A stretch of DNA of 19,427 nucleotides from assembly GCA_943788985.1 (NCBI GenBank), contig CALSSJ010000040.1, positions 1 through 19,427 on the forward strand, given 5' to 3'. A program made the translations under genes and the position numbers. The notes under the pieces were generated by a model. It was given only the letters and a program-made list of their open reading frames with translations. It ran no database searches and had not been told where the DNA came from. Numbering within the stretch: position 1 is the stretch's first letter; each line of letters begins with the position of its first letter. Origin of the DNA: an uncultured Lentisphaerales bacterium. GTDB lineage: Bacteria > Verrucomicrobiota > Lentisphaeria > JABSQK01 > UBA12247. This document shows, piece by piece, positions 9,312-18,391 of the stretch.

Positions 9312-9761
9312 TTACACGTGTAGCCTTGCGAACTCCGCAAAGCGTGTGACGAATGTCTGCCAGCTGAACTCGCCTACCAGGCGAGAACGGCCGGCGACTC
9401 CGAGATCGTCACGAGCTTGCGGACTCCTCAACAGTGCGCTCACCTTTTGCGCCAGTTGCCGTGGTTCCACCGGGCAGTCGAGCGTGCTTGTCACGTCAGC
9501 AAACAGCTCGGCCACCGTCGCACGTACAGCCGTCAAACAGGGCAGGCCGCAAGCCAGCGCCTCCATCAGCGTGCGTGGTCAGCCCTCCTCGCGCCCTCCA
9601 AGAAAGACGAAGACATCTGCCGCCTGAAACATTGCCGCCACCTGAGCCGGTTGCGCATGCCCATAAGAGTCCACGTCGCTCAGTCTTAATCATTCTGGGA
9701 CCATGCGCTCAAGCCGGGCGCCGTACGCCGCGTCTCCCTCCCCCACGATACAGCACGTCAT
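9312..9761 (-). pseudogene. GT4 (GT-B) glycosyltransferase C-terminal remnant
   Basis: One frame reads MTCCIVGEGDAAYGARLERMVPE*LRLSDVDSYGHAQPAQVAAMFQAADVFVFLGGREEG*PRTLMEALACGLP...FSWQ. It has the E-x7-E motif and in-frame TGA at 9690-9692 and 9579-9581. No N-terminal domain is recognisable. Confidence 0.85.
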
Positions 9762-10219
9762 CTGCTTAGGGACGGGTGATGCACATCACATTGTGCTTGA
9801 CCGAATGGCGCTACAGGGGCGCTTCCATCAAATCGTGTTTCATTGAGAGGTTCCCTATGCCAACAGCGAGGCTTCGGCCAAACCGGAAGGAACTTGCCGA
9901 CGTTACAACGCATTCTATGCTGGTATGAAACCGTAATTGAATGTCCACTCGCCAGACTTGGCCCGCATTCAGGAGCGTCTGGGGGACTTCAGCGTATTCA
10001 TGGGGGATTGGCAACAGAGCTTCACCTTCTGGTTAAATCGCACGCGTAAGGAAAAGCGCAGGGGGCGCCTGTGGGGGACCGATTCAAACACACAATTCTG
10101 AAGGGTCGTGAGGCGCTTTTGACATGCATACAGTATGCGGGATGAATTCTTTCCGGGCTAGGATTTGCCGTTTCCTCTGGTCACTTCCGCCGGAGGCGGA
10201 CTGTTTCGCTTCGCTCAGC

Positions 10220-10724
10220 TGCGAGCAGCCGGACGACTACCGGTTTTGCAGTTGGGGAGCCGACGGGACGGAGACAGCCACGCAGTGGAGCAAAGCGCCA
10301 ATTCGCTGCGGGAGCGGCAAACGTCCCTATGCAAGGAACTTCCTCCACCACTTACGCCGGTCGCTGGGAGATCGGGCAGGCGATTTGCCCATGCCAGATC
10401 TCGAGGCAGAATTTCACTCGGATTTGGCTAGGAAGTCGACTAAAGAGCTCGGAGCAAGCGGCGAGGAGATTGCAGTTGCTAGTGACCCAGCATGCGCGAA
10501 GTTTTCTGTGACGCTGCAGCTTACCCGTCGGACCCGCTATTGGACTAATGGGGCCAAGATCGGCTCAAAATAAATTTGTGATGGAAATCAAAGCTGAGGC
10601 ACTTGGCGCGGAGCGGGCGAAGAAGCGACGATACGGGCGCGGCTTGATTGCCGACGGCACTGCCCTCTTCAGTATGCGCCAAATTCAACCGGTAGCTCCC
10701 GGCTCCGATCAAGATCTAGGCTGA
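10220..10724 (+). pseudogene. C-terminal remnant of a RAYT/IS200-like Y1 transposase
   Basis: CEQPDDYRFCSW resembles the P.DY.(W/F).S motif. RRTRYWTNGAKIGSK continues after a frameshift at ~10571 as KFVMEIKAEALGAERAKKRRYG...LFSMRQI, like the RYF.DG..IGSK.FV...LFSLR tail I recall for PVC members. The HUH half is not present. Confidence 0.6.
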
Positions 10725-11204
10725 ACATCGCTCTATTCAAGGCTGCCATGGTTGGGAGCAAAGCCGCTATCTGCAGACCCATTGTCTCGAGCGAAAATCC
10801 TTCGGAGGAAGCCCCGCTGCTCGCCTAGCGCCCCCTCATCGAAGCACAATCTGATCCACGCTACGCCTGAACCGCGGCCTGGTGGAAGCTAATATGCGTT
10901 GGCATCGCTACCCGTCACTGATCCTCGGTCAGTGACTCGCATTGCTCAAGCAAAGCTGGCTTTAGCGCATTCGACCAGATCAGCAGGCCTTTGTAGCCCT
11001 TGCTCCGTTGTCTTGCGTTGGCGATGCAAATCCCCTGTGTCCAATCTTTGTTGCTGCACAGTCGTTAAATGCAGTGTCCGCAGGAACCGTTTCAGCCTAG
11101 CTCGACCTCCTTGGGCATCGGGCGACAGAACTTGGCGCCCGAGATAAGTTCGCAGTCGGCTGCCTGCTGCTGGGACGACTTTGCCCAAGCGCTAGGTTTT
11201 GCGC

Positions 11205-11232
11205 GTAAGGTTTCCGGTTCAGCCGCGACAGT
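11205..11232 (+). promoter_or_regulatory. Candidate ECF sigma promoter (-35 GTAAGGTT, -10 CGACAGT)
   Basis: GTAAGGTT (11205-11212), 13-nt spacer, CGAC (11226-11229), about 30 nt upstream of the small-protein ORF. Resembles the motif I recall for Neisseria SigE-type factors. Confidence 0.5.
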
Positions 11233-11261
11233 TCGGCGAGGATTAGAGTCAAACCACTGAG

Positions 11262-11474
11262 ATGGACACCATGAGCAACGACACGACCAGCACTGACACC
11301 GGGGCGCCCGCTCCGTCCCTTTCTCTTCCCAAAAAGCTGATTATCCTTGCGGCAGGTATCTCTCTGGTGATGTCCGTCGCCCTGTTCTTTTCTGGCGACA
11401 CGGACCGCGGTATGTTCGTAGGCCTCTGGGTCCCGTCAATCCTATCCCTCGGCAACCTGACTCTAAAGGATTGA
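11262..11474 (+). CDS. Small two-helix membrane protein (G.FVGLWVPSIL type), function unknown
   Basis: Two hydrophobic segments, LIILAAGISLVMSVALFF and GMFVGLWVPSILSLG. Alternative start ATG at 11271. Confidence 0.8.
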   Translation: MDTMSNDTTSTDTGAPAPSLSLPKKLIILAAGISLVMSVALFFSGDTDRGMFVGLWVPSILSLGNLTLKD

Positions 11475-11479
11475 TCGCC

Positions 11480-11650
11480 ATGACAGACTCACTTCTTTTC
11501 GCATTCGGCTTCGGAGTCTCGGTTCTGACGCTGGCTGCCTTGTACCTTGCTGGAATTGTTCGGAGCCTAGAAAAGTCCGCCGAAGAATTGGAGGGCGCTG
11601 GCTTGCCGCAACAGCCAGGAGAGACAAAGACAACCGTGCCCCGCAAGTAG
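11480..11650 (+). CDS. 56-aa single-pass membrane protein, missed by the ORF track
   Basis: MTDSLLFAFGFGVSVLTLAALYLAGIVRSLEKSAEELEGAGLPQQPGETKTTVPRK. AAGGA at 11466-11470; starts 5 nt after the preceding stop. Confidence 0.75.
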   Translation: MTDSLLFAFGFGVSVLTLAALYLAGIVRSLEKSAEELEGAGLPQQPGETKTTVPRK

Positions 11651-11962
11651 CTTTCGCGTGTGAGGCTCTGCGGCAACCGTCCCACTCAAGCACCCAGCTC
11701 GTGTCTCTGGCAATGAACACTTTGGCCTCTTTCTTTCCCCGTCAGCGAGCCCTCCGCCCCTTCCTGCGTCACTAAACTTCCTAGCTGTCGGACGTAGCTG
11801 TGCCGGCTGCAAAACAGTCTCCATTTGCGCATTTTTCCAGCGATTTCTGTTACCTGCAGGCCATTTGCGCCCTTCAATTGCTGAAGTCTACACGAAATCG
11901 ATACGATTTCTCGTTGATCACGGGTCGATGCTAGGCCATCGTCGAGGTGTCGCCAGTGCGGT

Positions 11963-12081
11963 GGGGCGCCGAAAGCCCCTCGTCTTTTCCCACGAACTTG
12001 TGATTGGCCACACTAGGATCTCCCGGGCAAGCTACCGGTTTGTGGCTCAACGCGCAGGGGCGCAGCCCCTGGCTAGTTGCC
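11963..12081. repeat. GC-rich REP-like hairpins
   Basis: GGGGC-GCCGAAA-GCCCC (11963-11979) and CAGGGGC-GCA-GCCCCTG (12055-12071). The second is nested in an imperfect outer stem GGCAAGCTA (12026-12034)/TAGTTGCC (12074-12081). Confidence 0.4.
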
Positions 12082-12288
12082 GGGGGCACAACTCCCCATC
12101 CGCCGCCACATGGGCGCGCCACCACCGCGTCTAAACTGCAGGTGTCGAGCGGCCTGAATTATTGTCTGCCGGGTGCCGGTTTTGGTTCCTACCTTTGCAG
12201 ACTGGGATAGGGAGCGTACAGTCCACGTTTCTCTGGAGCAGGCTGTCCCCCCCCGTCATCCACCTTAACCCTAACCACGGTGAGTTGC

Positions 12289-12858
12289 ATGGAGACTAAA
12301 AGTCCCAATCCTGAGCTTTGGGTCGATGAATACGGCGATTATCTATACCGCTACGCAGTGCACCGCTTACGTGACCCCATTGTCGCAGAAGACGCGGTGC
12401 AGGAGACCTTTCTGGCTGGTATCAAGGGGCTAGATGGCTACAACGGTCAGGTTGACGTCCGGTTCTGGCTGCGTGGAATTCTGCGCAACAAAATCATCGA
12501 TCATTTTCGGAAGAGCGCCCGAGAAACGCCTCTTGAAGACGTAGAAGAGTATGAGATGCCGGATACCTTTCTGATGAAATACTCGGGAATCCCTACCCGC
12601 ACGCCATTACCATGGAAGTTCGACCCGCGTAAGTCATTTGAGGACGTTGAGTTCTGGAAGATTTTTGAAAGCTGCACGGCCAAACTGCCCGAACGATTGC
12701 GGCAGGCCTTCACTCTAAAGGAACTGGAAGGTGTTTCTTCGCAGGAAACATGTGAGGTTCTGGGAATTTCTCCGAACAATCTGTGGGTCATGATTCACAG
12801 GTCCCGCAAGCATCTCAAGCAGTGCTTAGAGAAGAACTGGGGAGAATTGAATCGTTAA
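12289..12858 (+). CDS. ECF sigma-70 factor (TIGR02943/Neisseria SigE-like)
   Basis: Region 2: WVDEYGDYLYRYA..AEDAVQETFLA..WLRGILRNKIIDHFRK. Region 4: LPERLRQAFTLKELEG..CEVLGISPNNLWVMIHRSRKHLKQCLE. GTG at 12280 is an alternative start. Confidence 0.95.
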   Translation: METKSPNPELWVDEYGDYLYRYAVHRLRDPIVAEDAVQETFLAGIKGLDGYNGQVDVRFWLRGILRNKIIDHFRKSARETPLEDVEEYEMPDTFLMKYSGIPTRTPLPWKFDPRKSFEDVEFWKIFESCTAKLPERLRQAFTLKELEGVSSQETCEVLGISPNNLWVMIHRSRKHLKQCLEKNWGELNR

Positions 12859-13115
12859 TGTGGACCTGTAAACGAGTCGCAAAGAGCCTCGCTGAAACGC
12901 ATTACAAAGGCCTCCCGGGCCGGAAGCGGCTGGGGCTCAAGGCCCACATGGCGTTGTGCTTAGTCTGCTCCCGCTACCATAAAGACGCCATGCTCATGCA
13001 GGATTGCGCAAAGGCGCTGGCCGAGCGAGAGCAGGCCGGCAACTGCCAGCTGCCGGCCCGTCTACCGGAGGACGCCAAAGAGCGAATGAAGAGGCAACTG
13101 CGAGACGTCGACTAG
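12858..13115 (+). CDS. Soluble zinc-binding anti-sigma factor (zf-HC2/ZAS), 85 aa
   Basis: MWTCKRV...HMALCLVC gives the C-x26-H-x3-C-x2-C pattern. Start overlaps the sigma stop (TAATG). No TM segment. Confidence 0.9.
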   Translation: MWTCKRVAKSLAETHYKGLPGRKRLGLKAHMALCLVCSRYHKDAMLMQDCAKALAEREQAGNCQLPARLPEDAKERMKRQLRDVD

Positions 13116-13369
13116 CGGTATATGCCAGAGGCTCTTGCCTACCTGGCGGCAATGCAGCCTAGATCAGGTGACCAAGGAAGGGCCAGTCTGTCTGGGAGCG
13201 GACCTAACGCTTCCGCAGCCTTCTTTTGCACGATCGCCTAATCGCTGGCGGCGATTACCCAGCCAGGCTGCCCCTCCGGCTCGGCGAACGCATCGGCTAG
13301 TCCCTCTCAGTTTTCCAGCCCCACTTCTCGTGCCATGGTGCCCCGAACTCAATCAGAGATGAGGCTAAA

Positions 13370-13543
13370 ATGAGCGCAGAGACTGCTGGAGGCTCGGGAA
13401 CAGTGGCCACAGGCGCCCAAGCCGCACTTGCGGAAGAGCTGGTGAAGTACAATCTGCAATCCTCGGACGTAGCCCAGATCCTACTCACAGATCTCTGGCG
13501 ATCGCTGCGTGTTCAAGAATTTCCAAAGAACCTAGTGACTTGA
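13370..13543 (+). CDS. Possible 57-aa ORF or truncated gene start
   Basis: GAGG at 13361-13364 before ATG; MSAETAGGSGTVATGAQAALAEELVKYNLQSSDVAQILLTDLW... No family recognised. Confidence 0.25.
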   Translation: MSAETAGGSGTVATGAQAALAEELVKYNLQSSDVAQILLTDLWRSLRVQEFPKNLVT

Positions 13544-13708
13544 GAGTACCGAATTCTCGGGGTTTAGATAGAGTACTCGTGGGCTTCGGACTTCGCCTTT
13601 AGCTTGCATAACTTCATGGCATGGCCAAGTCAACCATTCCTTCGTGAGCGCACGAAAGCGCTTATAGGCCGCAAGCTGTCGCCACCCAGAATCAAAGAGG
13701 AGAAGATC

Positions 13709-14209
13709 ATGCAGCTATGGAATTGCTGATGGAACTGGGCGAAACTTCTGCGACCAGCCTGCTCACGGTGCACCACTTTCATGTGGATGTTGGTTGTATT
13801 TATCGGATTCACTACCCGCGGCGAACTGCTGGGCGTCACAAGCTTCGTCCGCTGTTTATGCCTCCGTTAAGCCTGCTATGACAGGATCCTTGAGTTCTTC
13901 CACAGCAACACCCCGAACCTTCAGAAGCTAACCCGGATTGGAACTGTCCTTGTCCTCGATAAACACCCGGGCGTGCTGCGCTGCAACGAACGAATCGTTT
14001 TCGTGACCGGCGGCATCAAAGTCGCCAAGTCAGGACGAAAGGTGCCCGCGGTCAAGACGCTTCACCAACAGTCCGAATCCAACACCAAGCCCGCCTACAT
14101 CATGAGCCACTCCTGCCAGGCGATTTCCGTGCTTGTCACCAAGCTGTGGAGCGTCGTGGCCGTCCCATTGGCCCTCCTTTGTTTCCGGGCGATTTGCTCG
14201 ACATGGTAG
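13709..14209 (+). pseudogene. DDE transposase (IS701/IS4-like) N-terminal remnant
   Basis: GAGGAG then MQLWNC*WNWAKLLRPACSR..LLGVTSFVRCLCLR*ACYDRILEFFHS..VTGGIKVAKSGRKVPAVKTLHQQSESNTKPAYIMSHSCQA..AVPLA. Stops at 13727 and 13868. The expected DGIK reads GGIK. Similarity ends near 14173. Confidence 0.8.
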
Positions 14210-14378
14210 GATCTTGGCCGTGACGTTCCGAAAATGAATCACAGTCACGAGCAGCGGCACCGGTTACACACGCTGGATCATGGAGTATTCTGTGATTGAC
14301 TCCGGTGGTTAGCGGCGCGATCCAACTATCTGACAGATCCACTGAGTCCCAGCCAATCATCTTCCTGAGCATTGACAT

Positions 14379-14897
14379 ATGATCGAACTGATCACGAAAT
14401 CACTGGCCCCAAAGACCCTCATGTTTGCACTCTTCCTGGTGTTTGCCAGCAGCGCCTCGGCCCTGCAGCCTGGTTCCCCAGACCGGTCGCCCGACTTGGA
14501 TGCGCTGCCGGGGTTTAAGAGCCCGCCGCCGGGATATGGGCAGGTCCCATTCTGGTGGTGGAGCGGATACGAGTTGGACGAGGAACGGCTGCTCTGGCAG
14601 GTGCGCGAGCTACACGCGAAAGGCATTAGCGGCGTGCAGGTAAACTACTCGCATACCGATGCGCCTGGCTGGGCGTCCGATGTGATGAGCTCGCCCATCT
14701 TCTCGGGCCAGTGGTGGCGGATCTACACCAAGGTCTCGGCAGAGTGCGACAGGCTGGGAATCGGCATAGGCCTGAGCACCTACACGCTGGCGAACCATTA
14801 CCAGACCAGCCCATGCCGCTATCGCGGCGATCCCGATTCCGGCCTCTGCGGGCCGGTAACTCTTTTGAAACGGATGCGAGAAGGTAAGCAAGAGTGA
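14379..14897 (+). pseudogene. Truncated secreted GH106-like (alpha-L-rhamnosidase family) gene, N-terminus only
   Basis: Signal peptide (LMFALFLVFASSASA), then FKSPPPGYGQVPFWWWSG..L.EERLLWQVRELHAKGISGVQV..FSGQWW..ECDRLGIGIGL. Similarity is lost after ~14790, and the ORF is far shorter than full GH106 proteins. Confidence 0.75.
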
Positions 14898-17800
14898 CAG
14901 ATTTCACGTCCTGGCTGGGGACATCATGCGTGGTCGGAACACTCGGCGTTTCAGCGTTCGAGGTCAAGAATCCGCGTTGCGAATACCACAATAATCCGCA
15001 GGGCATTGATGCCCTGCATCCCCGGTTGAGCTGGGAAATCCACTCGGACAAACGCAGTGTCATGCAAGACAGCTACCGCATCCTCGTGGCCACGTCGCCG
15101 GAGCTGTTGAAGCGGGACCTGGGCGATGCCTGGGACAGCGGCGTCGTGCAGAGCTACCGTTCCATCCAAGTCGAGTACGCGGGGAAGCCGCTTGCCTCGA
15201 GACAGCAGTATTTCTGGAAGGTTCAGTGCCGGACAGCCGAAGGCGAGGTGGCTGAGAGCGCAATGGCCTTCTGGAGCATGGGCATATTTTCTAAAGTAGG
15301 TTGGCGAGCACAGTGGATTGGCCTCGATGACCATGCAGACGACGACACCTACGAGGACGAATTCACCGAAGGAAAGCTCGTCATCACCAAGGCCATCCTC
15401 AAGGGCCAGCACAAATCCATCGGCGTGACGGCAACCCTCAATGCGAAGATCGCAAAGGGTACATTGGGGACCACATGCACGCCCGAGGGGCTTGGCGTAG
15501 AAGACCCCGGCGGCAGGAAACAGCTCACGGTCGACTATGAATACAACGGTAAGCCGTACGTGAAGCAGACACCCCTAGCGCATTGGCTCGGCGATATCTA
15601 TCTGCCAGACGCCACGATGTATATGGACACGCCGGAGGGGCAACATGAGCGACGTCGCTGGGCGGTTCCGCGTCAGCTGCGAAAGGAATTCAAGGCCGGG
15701 GACAAGGTAACGCGCGCCACCCTCTATGTGACCGCGCTGGGTCTTTATGAATTCCGCATTAACGGGCAGCGGGTCGGGGATCAGCTCCTTGCCCCAGAGT
15801 GGACAGATTATCACAAACGAATTCAGTACCAGACTTTTGATGTTACGGATCTTGTGACAACCGGAACCAATGCCATGGGTGCCCTTCTGGGCAACGGATG
15901 GTATTGCGGGGGATGGATGTTTTGGGGGAAGCAGCTCAGGCCGATTTACGGCAAGGATCCCAGTCTTCTGGCCCAGCTCGAGATCGAGTATGCAGACGGC
16001 ACTACCCAGGTCGTGCCCACTGATGAGACCTGGCAAGCCACGACCGACGGCCCCATCCGCTTCTCCGGGATCTACGAAGGTGAGATCTACGACGCGCGCC
16101 GCGAAATGTCCGGCTGGCATCAGATTGGCTATGATGCATCGGCCTGGAAAACTGTCGTGGTGAGAGGCAAGGATCTAGAGATCGGCGAGTTAGTCTGGCA
16201 GCGTAGTGAACCAATCCGTAAGACGCGAGAGATCACACCTATTGCTGTTTCAGAGGCCCGCCCTGGAGTCTACGTCGCGGACATGGGCCAGATCTTCAGC
16301 GGCTGGACGCGGCTGACCGTACAGGCACCGCCCGGCACGAAGATTACCATGCAGCATGGCGAGATTCTCAATCCCGACGGCACCGTCTACCTGGACAATC
16401 TGCGTGCCGGCCATTTCGGCAAAGGCGACCGCCAGATCGACCGTTATTTCTGCAGAGGCGGCGGAGAAGAAGTCTTCGAGCCGCACTTCACCTATCATGG
16501 TTTCCAGTTTGTGGAACTCCACGGGTTGTCGCGCAAGCCCACTCCTGAGCAAGTGACCGGCATCGCCTTCCACACGGATTTGGGCGAGGCATCACAGTTT
16601 ACCTGTTCGAATCCCCTCCTGACCAAGTTCGTGCAGAACATTCAGTGGTCGATGCGCGCCAACATCATGGGCATTCCCACCGACTGCAATCAGCGCGACG
16701 AACGGTGCGGCTACACCGGCGACATGAACTTCTTTATGCCCGCGGCTCTCTACAACTTCGACATGGCGGGCTTCTTCAACAAGTGGCTGGTGGATGTGGA
16801 AGATGCCCAGATGCCGGGCGGATGGTTTCCAGATCACGCGCCTTACTATGGCCCCGGCGGCGGCCCGAATGTGGGTTGGTCAGATGCCGGCGTGCTGTGC
16901 GTATACCGGATGTATCGGGAGTATGGCGATACGTCCGTTATTGAGGAACACTACGACTCCATGGCGCGAGCCCTGGACCATCTGATTCGTACAACCAATC
17001 CGGACGGAACCCGGGGCGAGCAGGATGAGAAGGGGAACGAATGGCGCGTCGGCCTGACCGACCATGCCAAGGCTCCAGGCGGCAATAAGGTCTCCATCCT
17101 CACCGCTGGCACCGCCTATTTGGGCCACAACGCCCAAGTCATGGCAAAGATGGCCGCAGCCATCGGCAAGCATGCGGACTCCGCAACCTACCGTGCCTTG
17201 GCCGACCGCACCGCCACGGCCTTCGCCAAGCACCTGATTGACGCGGAAGGCCGCGTGCATTCTGACTCACAGACTGGCTACGCCCTCGCCTTTACCATGG
17301 GGCTGGTTCCCGAGGAGAAGAAGGAATTGGTCAGCCAGCGGTTTGGCGAACGTGTGGAAAAGGTGGGCCATATCGCCACCGGCTTCATGGGCTGCCCGCG
17401 CGTCCTCCAGGGCCTCGAACTGGCCGGTCGCAATGCGGATGCCTACAAGCTGCTGCTCGACGAGGGCTTTCCCTCCTGGCTCTATATGGCCCAGCACGGC
17501 AATACCATCTGGGAGCATTTCGGCAGCCGTCGACCAGATGGAAGTCCTTCCTGCCCGCGCATGAACTCGTTCACGCATTACGCGCACGGCGCGGTGGGGG
17601 CCTTTATCATCGGCCATGTCGGCGGGATTCGTCCTGAAACGCCGGGCTATAAGAAGATCATGATTAAACCAGTGATGGAGAAGGGATTGGACTGGGCCAA
17701 GACTAGCTATCACTCTATCTGCGGCTCGATTCAGACGGCGTGGACTGTTGCCGACGGGAAGGTCAGACTGGATGTGACTATCCCGGCCAACACGACAGCG

Positions 17801-18391
17801 ACGGTTCATATTCCGGCACATATCGCACCTGAACGTATACGAGGGCGGGCAAGCGAGCCGGCCAGGCTGCGGGGGGTGAAGTTCTTGCGTATGGAAGACG
17901 GACATGCGCTCTTCGAGGTCGGTTCGGGCCTCTACACGTTCACGGGCGTCGACCAGACATTTGATCTCAGCCAGTCGCCATCTGACTGGCTCGAGAGCCA
18001 GCCGATCATCAACGAGATGCTCGAAACTGGCGAGAGGCATACCTACAGCGAGCGGCATCCCGACAACAAGCTGTGGGTCTTTCGCCCGGATGACGCGCAG
18101 CACTCCGACTTGCGACCGTGCGTGTTCTTTATCCATGGCGGAGGTTGGAACGGCAATGCCCCGATGTTCGCCCCCCAGTGCCTCTACCTTTCCAGACGCG
18201 GCATCGTTGGGATCTCCATCGAGTTTCGCCGCTACAACGAAAAGGCTGGTATTTCGCCCAAGGAGTGTCTGGCCGATTGCCTGTCGGCCTACCGCTGGGT
18301 GAGAAGAAATAGCTCGGCCCTGAATATTGATCGTGAGCAAATCTTCATTGCTGGCGGTTCGGCAGGTGGGCATCTGGGTTTGTCCATGTGA
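14894..18391 (+). CDS. GH78 alpha-L-rhamnosidase fused to the N-terminal half of an HSL-family alpha/beta hydrolase (frameshifted at the 3' end)
   Basis: RCEY..PQGID..PRLSW, ATLYVTALGLYE..NGQRVGD..LAPEWTDY, FTYHGFQFVE, PTDCNQRDERCGYTGD, TIWEH, MNSFTHYAHG; then FIHGGGW (~18134) and GGSAGG (18353). Confidence 0.93.
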   Translation: MTDFTSWLGTSCVVGTLGVSAFEVKNPRCEYHNNPQGIDALHPRLSWEIHSDKRSVMQDSYRILVATSPELLKRDLGDAWDSGVVQSYRSIQVEYAGKPLASRQQYFWKVQCRTAEGEVAESAMAFWSMGIFSKVGWRAQWIGLDDHADDDTYEDEFTEGKLVITKAILKGQHKSIGVTATLNAKIAKGTLGTTCTPEGLGVEDPGGRKQLTVDYEYNGKPYVKQTPLAHWLGDIYLPDATMYMDTPEGQHERRRWAVPRQLRKEFKAGDKVTRATLYVTALGLYEFRINGQRVGDQLLAPEWTDYHKRIQYQTFDVTDLVTTGTNAMGALLGNGWYCGGWMFWGKQLRPIYGKDPSLLAQLEIEYADGTTQVVPTDETWQATTDGPIRFSGIYEGEIYDARREMSGWHQIGYDASAWKTVVVRGKDLEIGELVWQRSEPIRKTREITPIAVSEARPGVYVADMGQIFSGWTRLTVQAPPGTKITMQHGEILNPDGTVYLDNLRAGHFGKGDRQIDRYFCRGGGEEVFEPHFTYHGFQFVELHGLSRKPTPEQVTGIAFHTDLGEASQFTCSNPLLTKFVQNIQWSMRANIMGIPTDCNQRDERCGYTGDMNFFMPAALYNFDMAGFFNKWLVDVEDAQMPGGWFPDHAPYYGPGGGPNVGWSDAGVLCVYRMYREYGDTSVIEEHYDSMARALDHLIRTTNPDGTRGEQDEKGNEWRVGLTDHAKAPGGNKVSILTAGTAYLGHNAQVMAKMAAAIGKHADSATYRALADRTATAFAKHLIDAEGRVHSDSQTGYALAFTMGLVPEEKKELVSQRFGERVEKVGHIATGFMGCPRVLQGLELAGRNADAYKLLLDEGFPSWLYMAQHGNTIWEHFGSRRPDGSPSCPRMNSFTHYAHGAVGAFIIGHVGGIRPETPGYKKIMIKPVMEKGLDWAKTSYHSICGSIQTAWTVADGKVRLDVTIPANTTATVHIPAHIAPERIRGRASEPARLRGVKFLRMEDGHALFEVGSGLYTFTGVDQTFDLSQSPSDWLESQPIINEMLETGERHTYSERHPDNKLWVFRPDDAQHSDLRPCVFFIHGGGWNGNAPMFAPQCLYLSRRGIVGISIEFRRYNEKAGISPKECLADCLSAYRWVRRNSSALNIDREQIFIAGGSAGGHLGLSM

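Noticed and set aside
9579..9692. TGA read-through as selenocysteine or an alternative genetic code
   Set aside because: fusA, rpsJ and rplW end in TGA, the positions are not Cys sites, the gene lacks its N-terminal half, and no SECIS-like stem was evident.
9780..10185. Short ORFs in 9780-10185 (also 10730-11200, 11690-12200, 13135-13360)
   Set aside because: No ribosome-binding sites, motifs or coding-like composition that I can support.
10716..11100. 10-bp inverted repeat CTAGGCTGAA/TTCAGCCTAG as MITE ends
   Set aside because: Too short; such pairs are expected by chance in a window this size, and there is no second copy to support it.
12128..12134. CGTCTAA upstream of the sigma gene as an autoregulatory -10 element
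   Set aside because: No GTAAGG-like -35 at a suitable distance (the sequence there is CACATGGG).
18386..18391. Programmed frameshift or genuine two-gene GTGA coupling at the esterase split
   Set aside because: No slippery heptamer is present, the split falls mid-domain, and neighbouring indels point to error or decay.
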